Assembly (NCBI GenBank): GCA_038065735.1
Contig: JBBTQK010000001.1
Span: 25,748 to 89,747, forward strand
Direction: 5' to 3'
DNA length: 64,000 nt
Origin: Patescibacteria group bacterium
Lineage (GTDB): Bacteria; Patescibacteriota; Gracilibacteria; UBA1369; LOWO2-01-FULL-3
Part shown: positions 18,819-27,967 of the stretch, piece after piece
Layout: every line of letters starts with the position of its first letter
How positions within the stretch are numbered: position 1 is the stretch's first letter
Program-made: the position numbers and the translations under genes
The notes under the pieces: model-generated
Database searches by the model: none
Seen by the model: only the letters and a program-made list of their open reading frames with translations
Told to the model about the DNA's origin: nothing

Positions 18819-20120
18819 TTACTTATCCAAGACCTCCAAGGGATTGAGGGGCTGAGGATTTTTGCCTTTTATCTGACAGGTTGTTTTATCATAGTAAGGT
18901 TCAAATTCTTTGTAATTTTGAACCATTCTCTCCCATTCACCCGGGGCAATATTAATACAGGTTTTTGCAGGATAAACATAAAATGAACCAGTGGAAATAT
19001 TTAATTCTTTATCATCTCTTTCTATAGTGAGATAAGTTTTAAATTTTTCAGAATACTTTTCGTAAATTGGCATCACAAAATTTGCTTCAACTTCTGCAAT
19101 TGGTTGGAATTCTTCTGGAGTTAAAATAATCATTTTTGTCGGATACTTATACATTGCAACAGCATCACCGTGTACGTACAAATCAAGTGATGGAAGGTAA
19201 AGCACACCATGGTTCCATACGCTTAGTCTAATTGCTGGGATATTCAGATTATGTAGCATTCCCTGCAGGAAAATTGTTGGTTCCTGACAGCCAATAACCC
19301 TTTCATCATAAATTCTTCTAAGGCTTAAAGGGTAAGAATTCCAATAGCTGATTGGTGGTTGTACGGTTTTTCCATCAAGATAAACATCCCAAGGGTATTC
19401 ATCATTTGCATGGAAAAAATTTTTCTGACCCCATGAAACTATTTTCTCTACGGCCTGTCTTTGTGTTTTTGCTCCTGCGGCAATTTTGCGAGCGATATTA
19501 TATTGTTGATAACTGGATTCTTCTACAACTGTATTTGGTTCTGGTACTGAAATCTGATGATAAACATTTACCATATTTGGAAGTTCTGGACGACCCTCAT
19601 AAGCATTTACTGAATAGTCGTTAACACTGTCGTTTTGAATGAATATTTTTGCGATTTGAGCTGATTCCATATCCTTCAGTGACCAGGGGAGTCCGGCATT
19701 TTTTTCTGTCCATAAGCCATTAGCTACATTGACTATAAACATTTTAGTGCCCGATTGTGGCAGAGTATATTGCTCAAAAAGGCTTTCAATAATATTTATT
19801 TTCTCCTCATTTTTAAGTATTGGACTATATTTTTTTTCAACTAAAAATTTGGCTAAAAGATCATGTCCTGTAATGATTTTACCGGTAACTTTATTCTTCG
19901 CTTTAATGTTCAGCAGCTCTTGACGTAGACCTAAAAGCGAATCATACGAATCTAGAATTTTAAGTAAGTCTTGAGGCTTAGCTTTTACTGTCGCAGCAGT
20001 GGTCTTTTTCAAATTTAATTCTCCAAAAGTTAACTGACCGTTATTAGATTTATAAATCTTAAATCCACCATAAATTGCCACACTCATAATTACTGCTGAA
20101 ACTATGATCTTCCTATACAT
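18819..20120 (-). CDS. Membrane-anchored transglutaminase-like (Cys-His-Asp) protein
   Basis: N-terminal TM helix; GCQE…LHNLNIPA…NHGV…VHGD pattern. Confidence 0.6.
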   Translation of the reverse strand: MYRKIIVSAVIMSVAIYGGFKIYKSNNGQLTFGELNLKKTTAATVKAKPQDLLKILDSYDSLLGLRQELLNIKAKNKVTGKIITGHDLLAKFLVEKKYSPILKNEEKINIIESLFEQYTLPQSGTKMFIVNVANGLWTEKNAGLPWSLKDMESAQIAKIFIQNDSVNDYSVNAYEGRPELPNMVNVYHQISVPEPNTVVEESSYQQYNIARKIAAGAKTQRQAVEKIVSWGQKNFFHANDEYPWDVYLDGKTVQPPISYWNSYPLSLRRIYDERVIGCQEPTIFLQGMLHNLNIPAIRLSVWNHGVLYLPSLDLYVHGDAVAMYKYPTKMIILTPEEFQPIAEVEANFVMPIYEKYSEKFKTYLTIERDDKELNISTGSFYVYPAKTCINIAPGEWERMVQNYKEFEPYYDKTTCQIKGKNPQPLNPLEVLDK

Positions 20121-20173
20121 GCGGGTAAAATTTTAAATATTCACATTCTGCCAAACTTAGTTACAATACTACT

Positions 20174-20587
20174 ATGAACTATTGGATCATAAAAAGCGAG
20201 CCTGCGACTTATTCTTGGGATAATCTCGTTAAGGACAAAAAGACTTTTTGGAATGGTGTACGCAACTACATGGCCCGCAATAATCTGGCAAAGATGAAGG
20301 TTGGCGATTTGGCTTTCTTTTATCATTCAGGCGATGAACGTCAGATTGTTGGGATTGCCCGTATTATTAAAGAAGCATATCCGGACCCTTCAGCCGATGA
20401 TCCACGTTGGGTGATGGTTGATGTTGAAGCAGTGAAACCAGTCACTAAACCAGTAGAATTAAAACTAATTAAAGAAATTCCAGAACTTAAAAATATCCAT
20501 TTAGTTCGACAGGGCCGACTCTCCGTGAGTGAGATAAATAAAAAAGAATTTGATGTTATTTTAACGCTCGCGCAGACAACTCTTTAA
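20174..20587 (+). CDS. EVE domain protein
   Basis: YWIIKSEP, WNGVRNYMARN, FFYHS and RLSV motifs. Confidence 0.95.
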   Translation: MNYWIIKSEPATYSWDNLVKDKKTFWNGVRNYMARNNLAKMKVGDLAFFYHSGDERQIVGIARIIKEAYPDPSADDPRWVMVDVEAVKPVTKPVELKLIKEIPELKNIHLVRQGRLSVSEINKKEFDVILTLAQTTL

Positions 20588-20608
20588 TAGATAGAAATTC
20601 CTAATTTC

Positions 20609-20637
20609 TTGACAGTTTTTTTGTTTGCGTATAGAAT
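20609..20637 (+). promoter_or_regulatory. sigma70 promoter of the yerC-his operon
   Basis: TTGACA (20609-20614), 17-nt spacer, TAGAAT (20632-20637). Confidence 0.8.
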
Positions 20638-20643
20638 CTGGAC

Positions 20644-20661
20644 GTTTTAACACGTTAATAC
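20644..20661. promoter_or_regulatory. Palindromic operator, candidate YerC/HisR binding site
   Basis: GTTTTAAC-AC-GTTAATAC dyad over the predicted transcription start; resembles my recollection of the Firmicute HisR motif TTTANYNNRNTAAA. Confidence 0.65.
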
Positions 20662-20667
20662 AGTAAT

Positions 20668-20955
20668 ATGTTCGAGCAAGAATTGAAAAATAAGGAAATG
20701 AAAGAGCTTTTTAAGGCAATTACTTCTCTTAAAACAGAAGACGATTGCAAAAAGTTTTTTCGTGATCTTTGCACTTTTGCCGAATTAAAATCTATGTCAG
20801 AGCGTTGGCAGGTTGCCAAACAGGTAGAGCAAAAAATTTCATATAGAAAAATCGCTAAAAATACAGGTTCAAGCACAGCTACAATAACTCGCGTTGCCCA
20901 CTGGGTTCATCATGGCATGGGAGGTTATAAGTTGATTTTGGATCGTATGAAATAA
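20668..20955 (+). CDS. TrpR-like YerC/YecD repressor (HisR-like)
   Basis: FFRDLCT..EL..MSERWQVA and SYRKIA..TGSSTATITRV helix-turn-helix; first gene of the his operon. Confidence 0.92.
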   Translation: MFEQELKNKEMKELFKAITSLKTEDDCKKFFRDLCTFAELKSMSERWQVAKQVEQKISYRKIAKNTGSSTATITRVAHWVHHGMGGYKLILDRMK

Positions 20956-20978
20956 GCGCTTCAAAATAAGTTTATAAC

Positions 20979-21008
20979 AATCCCACCAAATAAGATGGGA
21001 TTTTTTTT
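20979..21008 (+). terminator. Intrinsic terminator (attenuator) between yerC and hisG
   Basis: AATCCCA-10 nt-TGGGATT running into a T8 tract, 11 nt before the hisG ATG. Confidence 0.7.
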
Positions 21009-21019
21009 ATTTAAAATTT

Positions 21020-21628
21020 ATGAATAACATACGCATCGCAATTCAGTCCAAGGGTAAACTCGCCCAGCCAAGTATCGATTTTCTTAAATCACTAGGCTTG
21101 GAATTTGATCTCGCTAACAGATCATGTTTGGTTAAATGCAAGAATGCTCCAGCCGAAATACTTTTTATTCGTGACGACGACATCCCTCAATATGTTGAGA
21201 AGGGAATCGCCGATTTAGGCATCGTTGGTGAGAATATTCTTTACGAAAATAATGCTCAGTTGCAGGTAGTAAAAAAGCTTGGATTTGGCCGCTGTAATCT
21301 AGTTATTGCTGTCCCTAATAAATCCAAGATTTCTGATATTAGTCAACTTTGCGATAAAAATATTGCGACTTCTTTTCCAAATCTTCTTAAGAATTTCTTA
21401 AAACGTGAAAACATCTCTGCGAACGTAATTAAACTCAAAGGTGCCGTAGAAATTGCTCCAAGAGTGAATCTTTCTGATGCGATTTGCGACCTTTGTGAAA
21501 CCGGAAAAACGCTTAAGGAAAACAAATTACGCCAGTTGGATAACATCCTTTGCTCAGAGGCAATTCTCGTAAAATCCCCATTTATCAATCGACCAAACAA
21601 CAAAATTCTCAATCAATTACTAAACTAA
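21020..21628 (+). CDS. hisG: ATP phosphoribosyltransferase, short form
   Basis: IAIQSKG, RDDDIP, DLGIVG, GAVEIAP and DLCETGKTL motifs; no C-terminal regulatory domain. Confidence 0.95.
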   Translation: MNNIRIAIQSKGKLAQPSIDFLKSLGLEFDLANRSCLVKCKNAPAEILFIRDDDIPQYVEKGIADLGIVGENILYENNAQLQVVKKLGFGRCNLVIAVPNKSKISDISQLCDKNIATSFPNLLKNFLKRENISANVIKLKGAVEIAPRVNLSDAICDLCETGKTLKENKLRQLDNILCSEAILVKSPFINRPNNKILNQLLN

Positions 21629-21632
21629 TTAT

Positions 21633-22913
21633 ATGCAAATTCTAAGCACTAAAGACTGGAGTTTAAAAGAAATAATGATTTTCATTAGGCAGAAACGCAG
21701 CCAAAAAACTGATTGCGAAGCTATTGTAAAAAACATTATTTCAAAAATTAGACAAGAAGGCGACGAGGGTATTATTGAACTAACAAAAAAGTTTGATGGC
21801 GTAGAATTAAAAACTCTCACCGTCGCTCAAGCAGAAATAAAAGAAGCTTATTCTCAAATCGATAAGCCAACTTTGACCGCACTAAAAAGGGCCAAATCAA
21901 ATATCACTACTTTTCACAAAACAACTTTTACTGCAAAAGAAAAAATCGTCCAAACCGAACCGGGTGTGAAAATTTGGCGTGAATTCAGACCAATTGAAAA
22001 AGTTGGTTTATACATACCGGGCGGCAAAGCTTCTTATCCTTCCACTGTTTTAATGCTGTCCATTCCAGCAAAGTTAGCATGCTGTGGAGAGGTGATTTTA
22101 TGCACTCCTCCAGATAAGAATGGCAAAGTTTCTGCTAATATTTTAGTCGCTGCAGATCTATGTGGTGTGAAGAAAATTTACAAAGTTGGTGGCGCACAAG
22201 CAATCGCTGCCATGGCTTACGGTACCCAAACAATTCCAAGAGTTTACAAGATTTTTGGCCCAGGAAATCAGTTTGTTACTACTGCAAAAATGCTTTGTTA
22301 TGGACAGGTTGATATTGATATGCCAGCTGGCCCATCTGAGGTTGCCGTGATTGCTGATAAAAAAGCCAAAATTAATTGGGTTGCCGCAGATCTTTTGTCA
22401 CAGCTCGAACACGGTGAAGATTCTCAAGCAATTTTGTTTACTTCTGATCTCAAATTTGCCGAAAAAGTAATTGGCGAAATGCAAAGTCAGACCACTAAAC
22501 TGAGCCGTAAACAAATCATCGAAAAGGCTTTTTCTAAAAGTTTTGCCGTGATTTACAAATCCGAATCTGAGCTTTACCAACTGGTCAATGATTATGCTCC
22601 TGAGCATTTGGAAATCATCAGCAAAGATGAGCAAGAAATTCTCAAAAATATTAACAATGTGGGCTCAGTTTTCTTAGGAGAATATAGCTCCGAACCCCTT
22701 GGAGACTACATTACTGGCGCTAACCACACCTTGCCGACTTCCGAATTTGCCAAGATGTTTTCACCACTTTCTACAGACTCTTTTGGCAAGATGATTCAAA
22801 TCCAAAAAGTGAGTAAAAAAGGCATCACCAGCCTCAAAAATTCTGTCGAAACTCTTGCACTTTCTGAAGGATTGGACGCCCACAAAAATTCTATCAGTAT
22901 TCGTTTTACTTAA
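21633..22913 (+). CDS. hisD: Histidinol dehydrogenase
   Basis: GLYIPGG, GPGNQFV, DMPAGPSE, APEHL and GANHTLPT motifs. Confidence 0.97.
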   Translation: MQILSTKDWSLKEIMIFIRQKRSQKTDCEAIVKNIISKIRQEGDEGIIELTKKFDGVELKTLTVAQAEIKEAYSQIDKPTLTALKRAKSNITTFHKTTFTAKEKIVQTEPGVKIWREFRPIEKVGLYIPGGKASYPSTVLMLSIPAKLACCGEVILCTPPDKNGKVSANILVAADLCGVKKIYKVGGAQAIAAMAYGTQTIPRVYKIFGPGNQFVTTAKMLCYGQVDIDMPAGPSEVAVIADKKAKINWVAADLLSQLEHGEDSQAILFTSDLKFAEKVIGEMQSQTTKLSRKQIIEKAFSKSFAVIYKSESELYQLVNDYAPEHLEIISKDEQEILKNINNVGSVFLGEYSSEPLGDYITGANHTLPTSEFAKMFSPLSTDSFGKMIQIQKVSKKGITSLKNSVETLALSEGLDAHKNSISIRFT

Positions 22914-22917
22914 ATTT

Positions 22918-23946
22918 ATGATTAAGAATTTAGTCAAAAAATCAGTCTTAAATCTCAAGCCATATATTTGCGCTCGCCACCTCTACAAAGAGGGGATTCT
23001 CCTTGATGCTAACGAGAATTCCTTCGGCAGCGTGGTCGGCAAAAACTTAAATCGCTACCCGGATCCAGAGTGCCAATCACTCAAAACTAAATTGGCAGAA
23101 GTTTTAAATGTTAAAGTCGAAAACCTGCTTATTGGCTCTGGATCAGATGAAATCATCGATCTATTAATGCGAGTTTTTTTAGAAAAAAATGACGAGGTGA
23201 TTTTACTTGAACCAACATATGGCATGTATAGAGTCGCCGCAGAAATCAATGAATCCAAAATCAAAGTCTGTAATTTAGATGAGAATTTTCAGATCAATTT
23301 GGCAGAATTAAACAAAACGATGACTAATAAATCCAAATTAATTTTTTGTGCTTCACCAAATAACCCAACTGGTAATTTACTCAAAAAATCAGATCTACTA
23401 AGCATCTGTAAAACCTTTAAAGGATTGTTGATTATTGATGAGGCTTACATCGATTTTGCCGCTAAAGAATCAGTAATAAACGAACTAAATAACTTCCCAA
23501 ATTTAGTAGTTCTGCGTACTTTTTCCAAAGCCTGGGGTCTAGCTGGATTACGTGTTGGTTATGCAATTGCTAACCCTGAAATTATCAATTTTCTCCGCAA
23601 AGTTAAGCCACCATATAACATTAATACACTTTCTGCCAATTTAGTTTTAGCCGCTTTAAATAAGCCAAAAAAACTAAATGAATTTATCAAAAAGATCCAA
23701 AAAGAAAAAACAAATCTCATTCTGCAACTCAAAAAACTCAGCTTCGAAATCTATCCATCCGACGCAAATTTTATTCTGCTAAAAAGTCCAAAAGCCCAAT
23801 ATATCTGCCGAAAACTCGCTACTGACTTCAAAATTATCATTCGTGATTTTTCTGACAAGCCAGGCTTAAAAAACTGTTTTCGTATCACTATTGGTACTGC
23901 AGCACAAAACAAACTACTCATAAATTCTCTTAAAAAAATTATATGA
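22918..23946 (+). CDS. hisC: Histidinol-phosphate aminotransferase
   Basis: LDANEN, NRYPD, PNNPTG, DEAY and RTFSKAWGLAGLRVG motifs; start at ATG 22918. Confidence 0.96.
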   Translation: MIKNLVKKSVLNLKPYICARHLYKEGILLDANENSFGSVVGKNLNRYPDPECQSLKTKLAEVLNVKVENLLIGSGSDEIIDLLMRVFLEKNDEVILLEPTYGMYRVAAEINESKIKVCNLDENFQINLAELNKTMTNKSKLIFCASPNNPTGNLLKKSDLLSICKTFKGLLIIDEAYIDFAAKESVINELNNFPNLVVLRTFSKAWGLAGLRVGYAIANPEIINFLRKVKPPYNINTLSANLVLAALNKPKKLNEFIKKIQKEKTNLILQLKKLSFEIYPSDANFILLKSPKAQYICRKLATDFKIIIRDFSDKPGLKNCFRITIGTAAQNKLLINSLKKII

Positions 23947-24551
23947 AACAGCGTCAACCCAACACGAAACGCACTGCCAAAAACAAGCGCACAACTAATG
24001 AAACAAGTGTCAGAATATCTCTAAATCTTGATGGCACAGGCAAATCCGACATTCAAACAGGTATAGGATTTTTTGATCATATGTTGGATCAATTAGCTAA
24101 ACATTCACTCATTGATCTCAAAATCAAAGCTCAGGGTGATCTACAAATTGACGAACACCACACAATTGAAGATGTTGCTTTGACTCTTGGACAAGCCCTA
24201 AATAAGGGTTTAGCCAAACGTCAGGGGATTAACCGTTATGGTTTTTTGCTCCCCATGGATGAAACATTGGTAGAAGTTGCTATCGATCTCGCTGGTCGCC
24301 CGTATCTGGTTTTTAATGCCAAATTTAAACGTGAATACGTGGGAGATTTTCCAACCGAGATGATGGAACATTTTTTCTATTCTTTGGCTTATTCATTAGG
24401 TGCAACTATCCATATCAATCTGAAATACGGCAAAAACGAGCATCACAAAATCGAAGCAATTTTTAAATGTTTTGCGCGTGCCTTGAGAATGGCCATTGCC
24501 AAAGATCCGCAACTAAATAACTCAATACCATCAACCAAAGGAATATTATGA
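23943..24551 (+). CDS. hisB: Imidazoleglycerol-phosphate dehydratase (monofunctional)
   Basis: DEHHTIED, NEHHKIEA and PSTKG motifs; no N-terminal HAD phosphatase domain. Confidence 0.96.
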   Translation: MKQRQPNTKRTAKNKRTTNETSVRISLNLDGTGKSDIQTGIGFFDHMLDQLAKHSLIDLKIKAQGDLQIDEHHTIEDVALTLGQALNKGLAKRQGINRYGFLLPMDETLVEVAIDLAGRPYLVFNAKFKREYVGDFPTEMMEHFFYSLAYSLGATIHINLKYGKNEHHKIEAIFKCFARALRMAIAKDPQLNNSIPSTKGIL

Positions 24552-25138
24552 TAGGAATAATCGATTATGGCGCGGGCAACTTACAAAGTGTAAAGAACGC
24601 TCTACAAGCCATCAAACAACCATTTAGGGTCATTACTAACTTTGCGGAATTTAACTCTGTGGACAAAATAATTTTGCCAGGAGTTGGAGCTGCTGCTTTT
24701 GCGATGCAACAACTCAAAAAGCAGAATTTAATCACCGCCATTCAAAAAACTAAAAAACCTTTTTTGGGAATTTGTCTTGGCTTACAGCTTTTGGCAGAGT
24801 TTTCTGAAGAAGGACAAACCGCCTGTTTAGGCCTCATTAAAGGCAATATTAAAAGATTTTCAGAGGACTTGAAAGTTCCTCAAATTGGCTGGAATAAAGT
24901 CAAAACGATCAATAAAACTCCGCTAACTGATGGACTGAATCCCGAAAATTATTTCTATTTTGTTAACTCTTATTATCTCGAATTTTCTAAACAATATGCA
25001 ATTGCTACTGCCGATTATATCGAAACTTTTACTTCCATTCTTAAATATAAAAATTTCTACGCTACACAGTTTCACCCTGAGAGATCAGGCAAAATTGGCC
25101 TTCAACTACTTTCTAATTTCTGCAACAAATGCAAATAA
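24548..25138 (+). CDS. hisH: Imidazole glycerol phosphate synthase glutaminase subunit
   Basis: DYGAGN, PGVG, GICLGLQ and QFHPE motifs. Confidence 0.96.
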   Translation: MIGIIDYGAGNLQSVKNALQAIKQPFRVITNFAEFNSVDKIILPGVGAAAFAMQQLKKQNLITAIQKTKKPFLGICLGLQLLAEFSEEGQTACLGLIKGNIKRFSEDLKVPQIGWNKVKTINKTPLTDGLNPENYFYFVNSYYLEFSKQYAIATADYIETFTSILKYKNFYATQFHPERSGKIGLQLLSNFCNKCK

Positions 25139-26607
25139 TCCCAGCAATTGACATCATCAATGGTCAATGTGTCCGACTCACAAAAGGTGATTTTAATTCT
25201 CAAACTAGTTATTCCAACGATCCTCTGACTCTAGCCAAAAATTTTGCCAAACAAAATATCGATTTTTTACATATTGTTGATCTTGATGGCGCGAGATTTC
25301 AAAAATCCTGCAATCAAAAACTTATTCTACAGATTGCCAAAACAATTAATAAACCAGTAGAAGTTGGTGGGGGAATAAGGTCTCTAGAAAGCGCCGAAAT
25401 GTACCTGAGAAATGGAGTCAGCCGCATAATTCTAGGCACCAAAGCCATTGAAAACAAAAGTTTTCTGAAATTTTTACTTAAAAAATATGGCCCAGAAAAA
25501 ATAATTCTTGGATTAGATGTTAAAAATAATCAACTTGGTATTAACGGCTGGCAGAATTTTAATTCTCAAAAAAACGTCTTTGAATTTGCTAAAGAAATTA
25601 AAAAAATGGGAGTCAAAACAGTTGTAGTTACAGATATAAATAAAGATGGGACCCTCACTACTCCAAATTTTAAACTTTTCCAAAAAATCCAAAATCTTGG
25701 CTTAAACGTCATAGCTTCCGGCGGAGTTTCTACTCTAAATTCTCTACAGAAACTCAAAAAACTAAATATCACAGGCGCAATTATTGGCAAAGCTCTCTAC
25801 GAAAATAAACTCGATCTCAGCGAGGTTGTAAAAACCTTCACACCAAAATCTAATCTCACTAAACGTATCATTCCTTGTTTAGACATCATTGAAGACAAAG
25901 TAGTAAAAGGTGTGAATTTCCAGAAAATGCAGGTCATCGGTGACGCCGTAAAAATTGCTCAAAAATATTATCAGCAAGGTGCTGACGAGCTGGTTTTCCT
26001 AGATATTAAAGCCACAAAAGATAATAAAAAAACAATCATTGAAACCGTTAAAAAAATCGCCGCAAAAATATTTATTCCATTTACAGTTGGTGGCGGTATT
26101 AGTTCTCTCAGCAGAATTAAAAAAATTCTCAGAGCGGGTGCAGACAAAGTTTCCCTCAACACAGCCGCCGTTTTAAATCCCCAACTAATCAATAGAGCCG
26201 CCAAACAATTCGGATCTCAAGCCATAGTTATTGCAATTGATGTCAAAAAAGAAGATCAAACTTATCAGGTCTACATCAAAGCCGGCACTCAAAAAGCCAA
26301 TCTAGAAGCCGTTTCTTGGGCTAAAACAGTCGCGAAACTCGGAGCTGGTGAAATTCTTCTCACTTCTATTGATAGAGACGGCACAAAAAAAGGTTATGAC
26401 ATTGAGCTACTAAATAAAATCTCAAAAGCAGTAAATATTCCTGTAATTGCCTCTGGTGGAGCTGGTAGCAAAAACGATATCAAAGCAGCTCTAACACAAG
26501 GCCAAGCCGATGCCGTCTTAGCGGCAAGTATTTTTCATCAAAAAAAAGTCACCATCAAGTCACTTAAAAATTATTTATTTAAATCCAATTTACCAATACG
26601 TTTATGA
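25129..26607 (+). CDS. hisA/hisF: HisA-HisF fusion protein
   Basis: N-half IIPAID…G.CVRL..G, HIVDLDGA, DGTL (HisA); C-half KRIIPCLD..VVKG, ADELVFLDI, TSIDRDGT (HisF); one open frame. Confidence 0.93.
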   Translation: MQIIPAIDIINGQCVRLTKGDFNSQTSYSNDPLTLAKNFAKQNIDFLHIVDLDGARFQKSCNQKLILQIAKTINKPVEVGGGIRSLESAEMYLRNGVSRIILGTKAIENKSFLKFLLKKYGPEKIILGLDVKNNQLGINGWQNFNSQKNVFEFAKEIKKMGVKTVVVTDINKDGTLTTPNFKLFQKIQNLGLNVIASGGVSTLNSLQKLKKLNITGAIIGKALYENKLDLSEVVKTFTPKSNLTKRIIPCLDIIEDKVVKGVNFQKMQVIGDAVKIAQKYYQQGADELVFLDIKATKDNKKTIIETVKKIAAKIFIPFTVGGGISSLSRIKKILRAGADKVSLNTAAVLNPQLINRAAKQFGSQAIVIAIDVKKEDQTYQVYIKAGTQKANLEAVSWAKTVAKLGAGEILLTSIDRDGTKKGYDIELLNKISKAVNIPVIASGGAGSKNDIKAALTQGQADAVLAASIFHQKKVTIKSLKNYLFKSNLPIRL

Positions 26608-27203
26608 ACGATCTAATCAAAGAAATCGACTGGCAAAAAGTAAATGACCTAATTCCAGCCGTAATCCAAGACGCTAATACAAGCCAAATTCTCATGCTCG
26701 GCTATATGGACTCAGTAGCCCTAGCCAGAACTTTAAAAACCAAAAAAATCTGGTTTTTTAGCCGTAGTAAAAATCGTCTATGGATGAAAGGTGAAACCAG
26801 TAACGACATTCTTAAACTCAAAAATATCGCTTTAGACTGCGATAATGACACTCTCCTTATACAAGCTGAACCCCAAGGTCCGACCTGTCACACCAGTAAT
26901 ATTTCCTGCTTCGCAAATTCACAAGAAAATATTTTTAACGAACTCTACGAAGTCATCAATTCTCGCAAGCAGGAATCTCCAAAAACTTCTTACACCAGCT
27001 TTTTAATGAATAAAGGTCTCAAAAAAATCTGTGCCAAAATCGCTGAAGAATCGAAAGAAGTTATCAAAGCCGCCAACCAAGAAACCGATAAACGATTGAT
27101 TGAGGAAAGCGTCGATGTCCTCTACCACTTGTTTGTTTTGCTAAACTATAAAGACCTGAAAATTCAGGATCTAATTAAGGAAATTAGAAAACGTAGAAAA
27201 TAA
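26604..27203 (+). CDS. hisIE: Bifunctional PR-AMP cyclohydrolase / PR-ATP pyrophosphatase
   Basis: LWMKGETS, DCDND, PTCHT…SCF, SYT, KIAEE and D.LYH motifs. Confidence 0.96.
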   Translation: MNDLIKEIDWQKVNDLIPAVIQDANTSQILMLGYMDSVALARTLKTKKIWFFSRSKNRLWMKGETSNDILKLKNIALDCDNDTLLIQAEPQGPTCHTSNISCFANSQENIFNELYEVINSRKQESPKTSYTSFLMNKGLKKICAKIAEESKEVIKAANQETDKRLIEESVDVLYHLFVLLNYKDLKIQDLIKEIRKRRK

Positions 27204-27217
27204 ACAATCTAATATTC

Positions 27218-27940
27218 TCAAATTCCCAACTCGTGTAACCGTTGTTTAATCCAGGGTTTGATCTGCGCAATTGGACCCAAGAACTTTAGCTTTGTGGCCA
27301 TTAATAGAATTCCAACCTCATCTTCAGAATTTCTAGGGCCATCTTGAACTACATCCAATAATGAATCTGTCAAAATTGGATTGCGAAAACGACCACTAAG
27401 CAAAACGTTATCTTTAGCCGCTTGTCTTGGCCCAGAAGTCCATGAACCAAAAGTATCATGCATAGCCAAGGTTCCCCCTTGTACTAATTTTGGCAACCAA
27501 AGATCTAAATCCCTTTCTACAGATTTTCTATCATGTGAGCCATCAATAAAAAGTAAATCAACTTCATCAGGACAAGCTGCAAGAGCCGCTCTACTTGTAG
27601 AATTAGCCACAACAGGGACAACTAAATCGTTTAATCCCATTCTTGCCATATTCGCATCAAAATTAGCCTTTATATCTAAATGGTCACCACTACTTCTACT
27701 TCTATGGTGTTCTGCAGATCCATCAAAATGATCAACTGCATGTACAGGCACTCCGCCACCTATCCTGCTCCCTAAACCAAGAAACGCCGTAGATCTGCCC
27801 ATGTAGGAACCAACCTCTACTATTCCTTGTTTAGCTTGTGCTGCTAACTGATATAACCTTGCACCTTCAAACAAGGTCACTTGCCCGGGAACACTGTGTG
27901 CCTCCGTTAAATCCCTATGAATAACATCTAGTCTAGCCAT
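27218..27940 (-). CDS. Class I SAM-dependent methyltransferase (Methyltransf_24-like)
   Basis: VEVGSYMGRST, LLFIDGSH and MHD motifs. Confidence 0.85.
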   Translation of the reverse strand: MARLDVIHRDLTEAHSVPGQVTLFEGARLYQLAAQAKQGIVEVGSYMGRSTAFLGLGSRIGGGVPVHAVDHFDGSAEHHRSRSSGDHLDIKANFDANMARMGLNDLVVPVVANSTSRAALAACPDEVDLLFIDGSHDRKSVERDLDLWLPKLVQGGTLAMHDTFGSWTSGPRQAAKDNVLLSGRFRNPILTDSLLDVVQDGPRNSEDEVGILLMATKLKFLGPIAQIKPWIKQRLHELGI

Positions 27941-27967
27941 TTTAATTTTTAAAAGGCCACATTCTAG

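Noticed and set aside
17113-27940. Prophage or integrase-bearing island at tRNA-Gly
   Set aside because: No integrase, phage structural genes or duplicated tRNA 3' end were seen.
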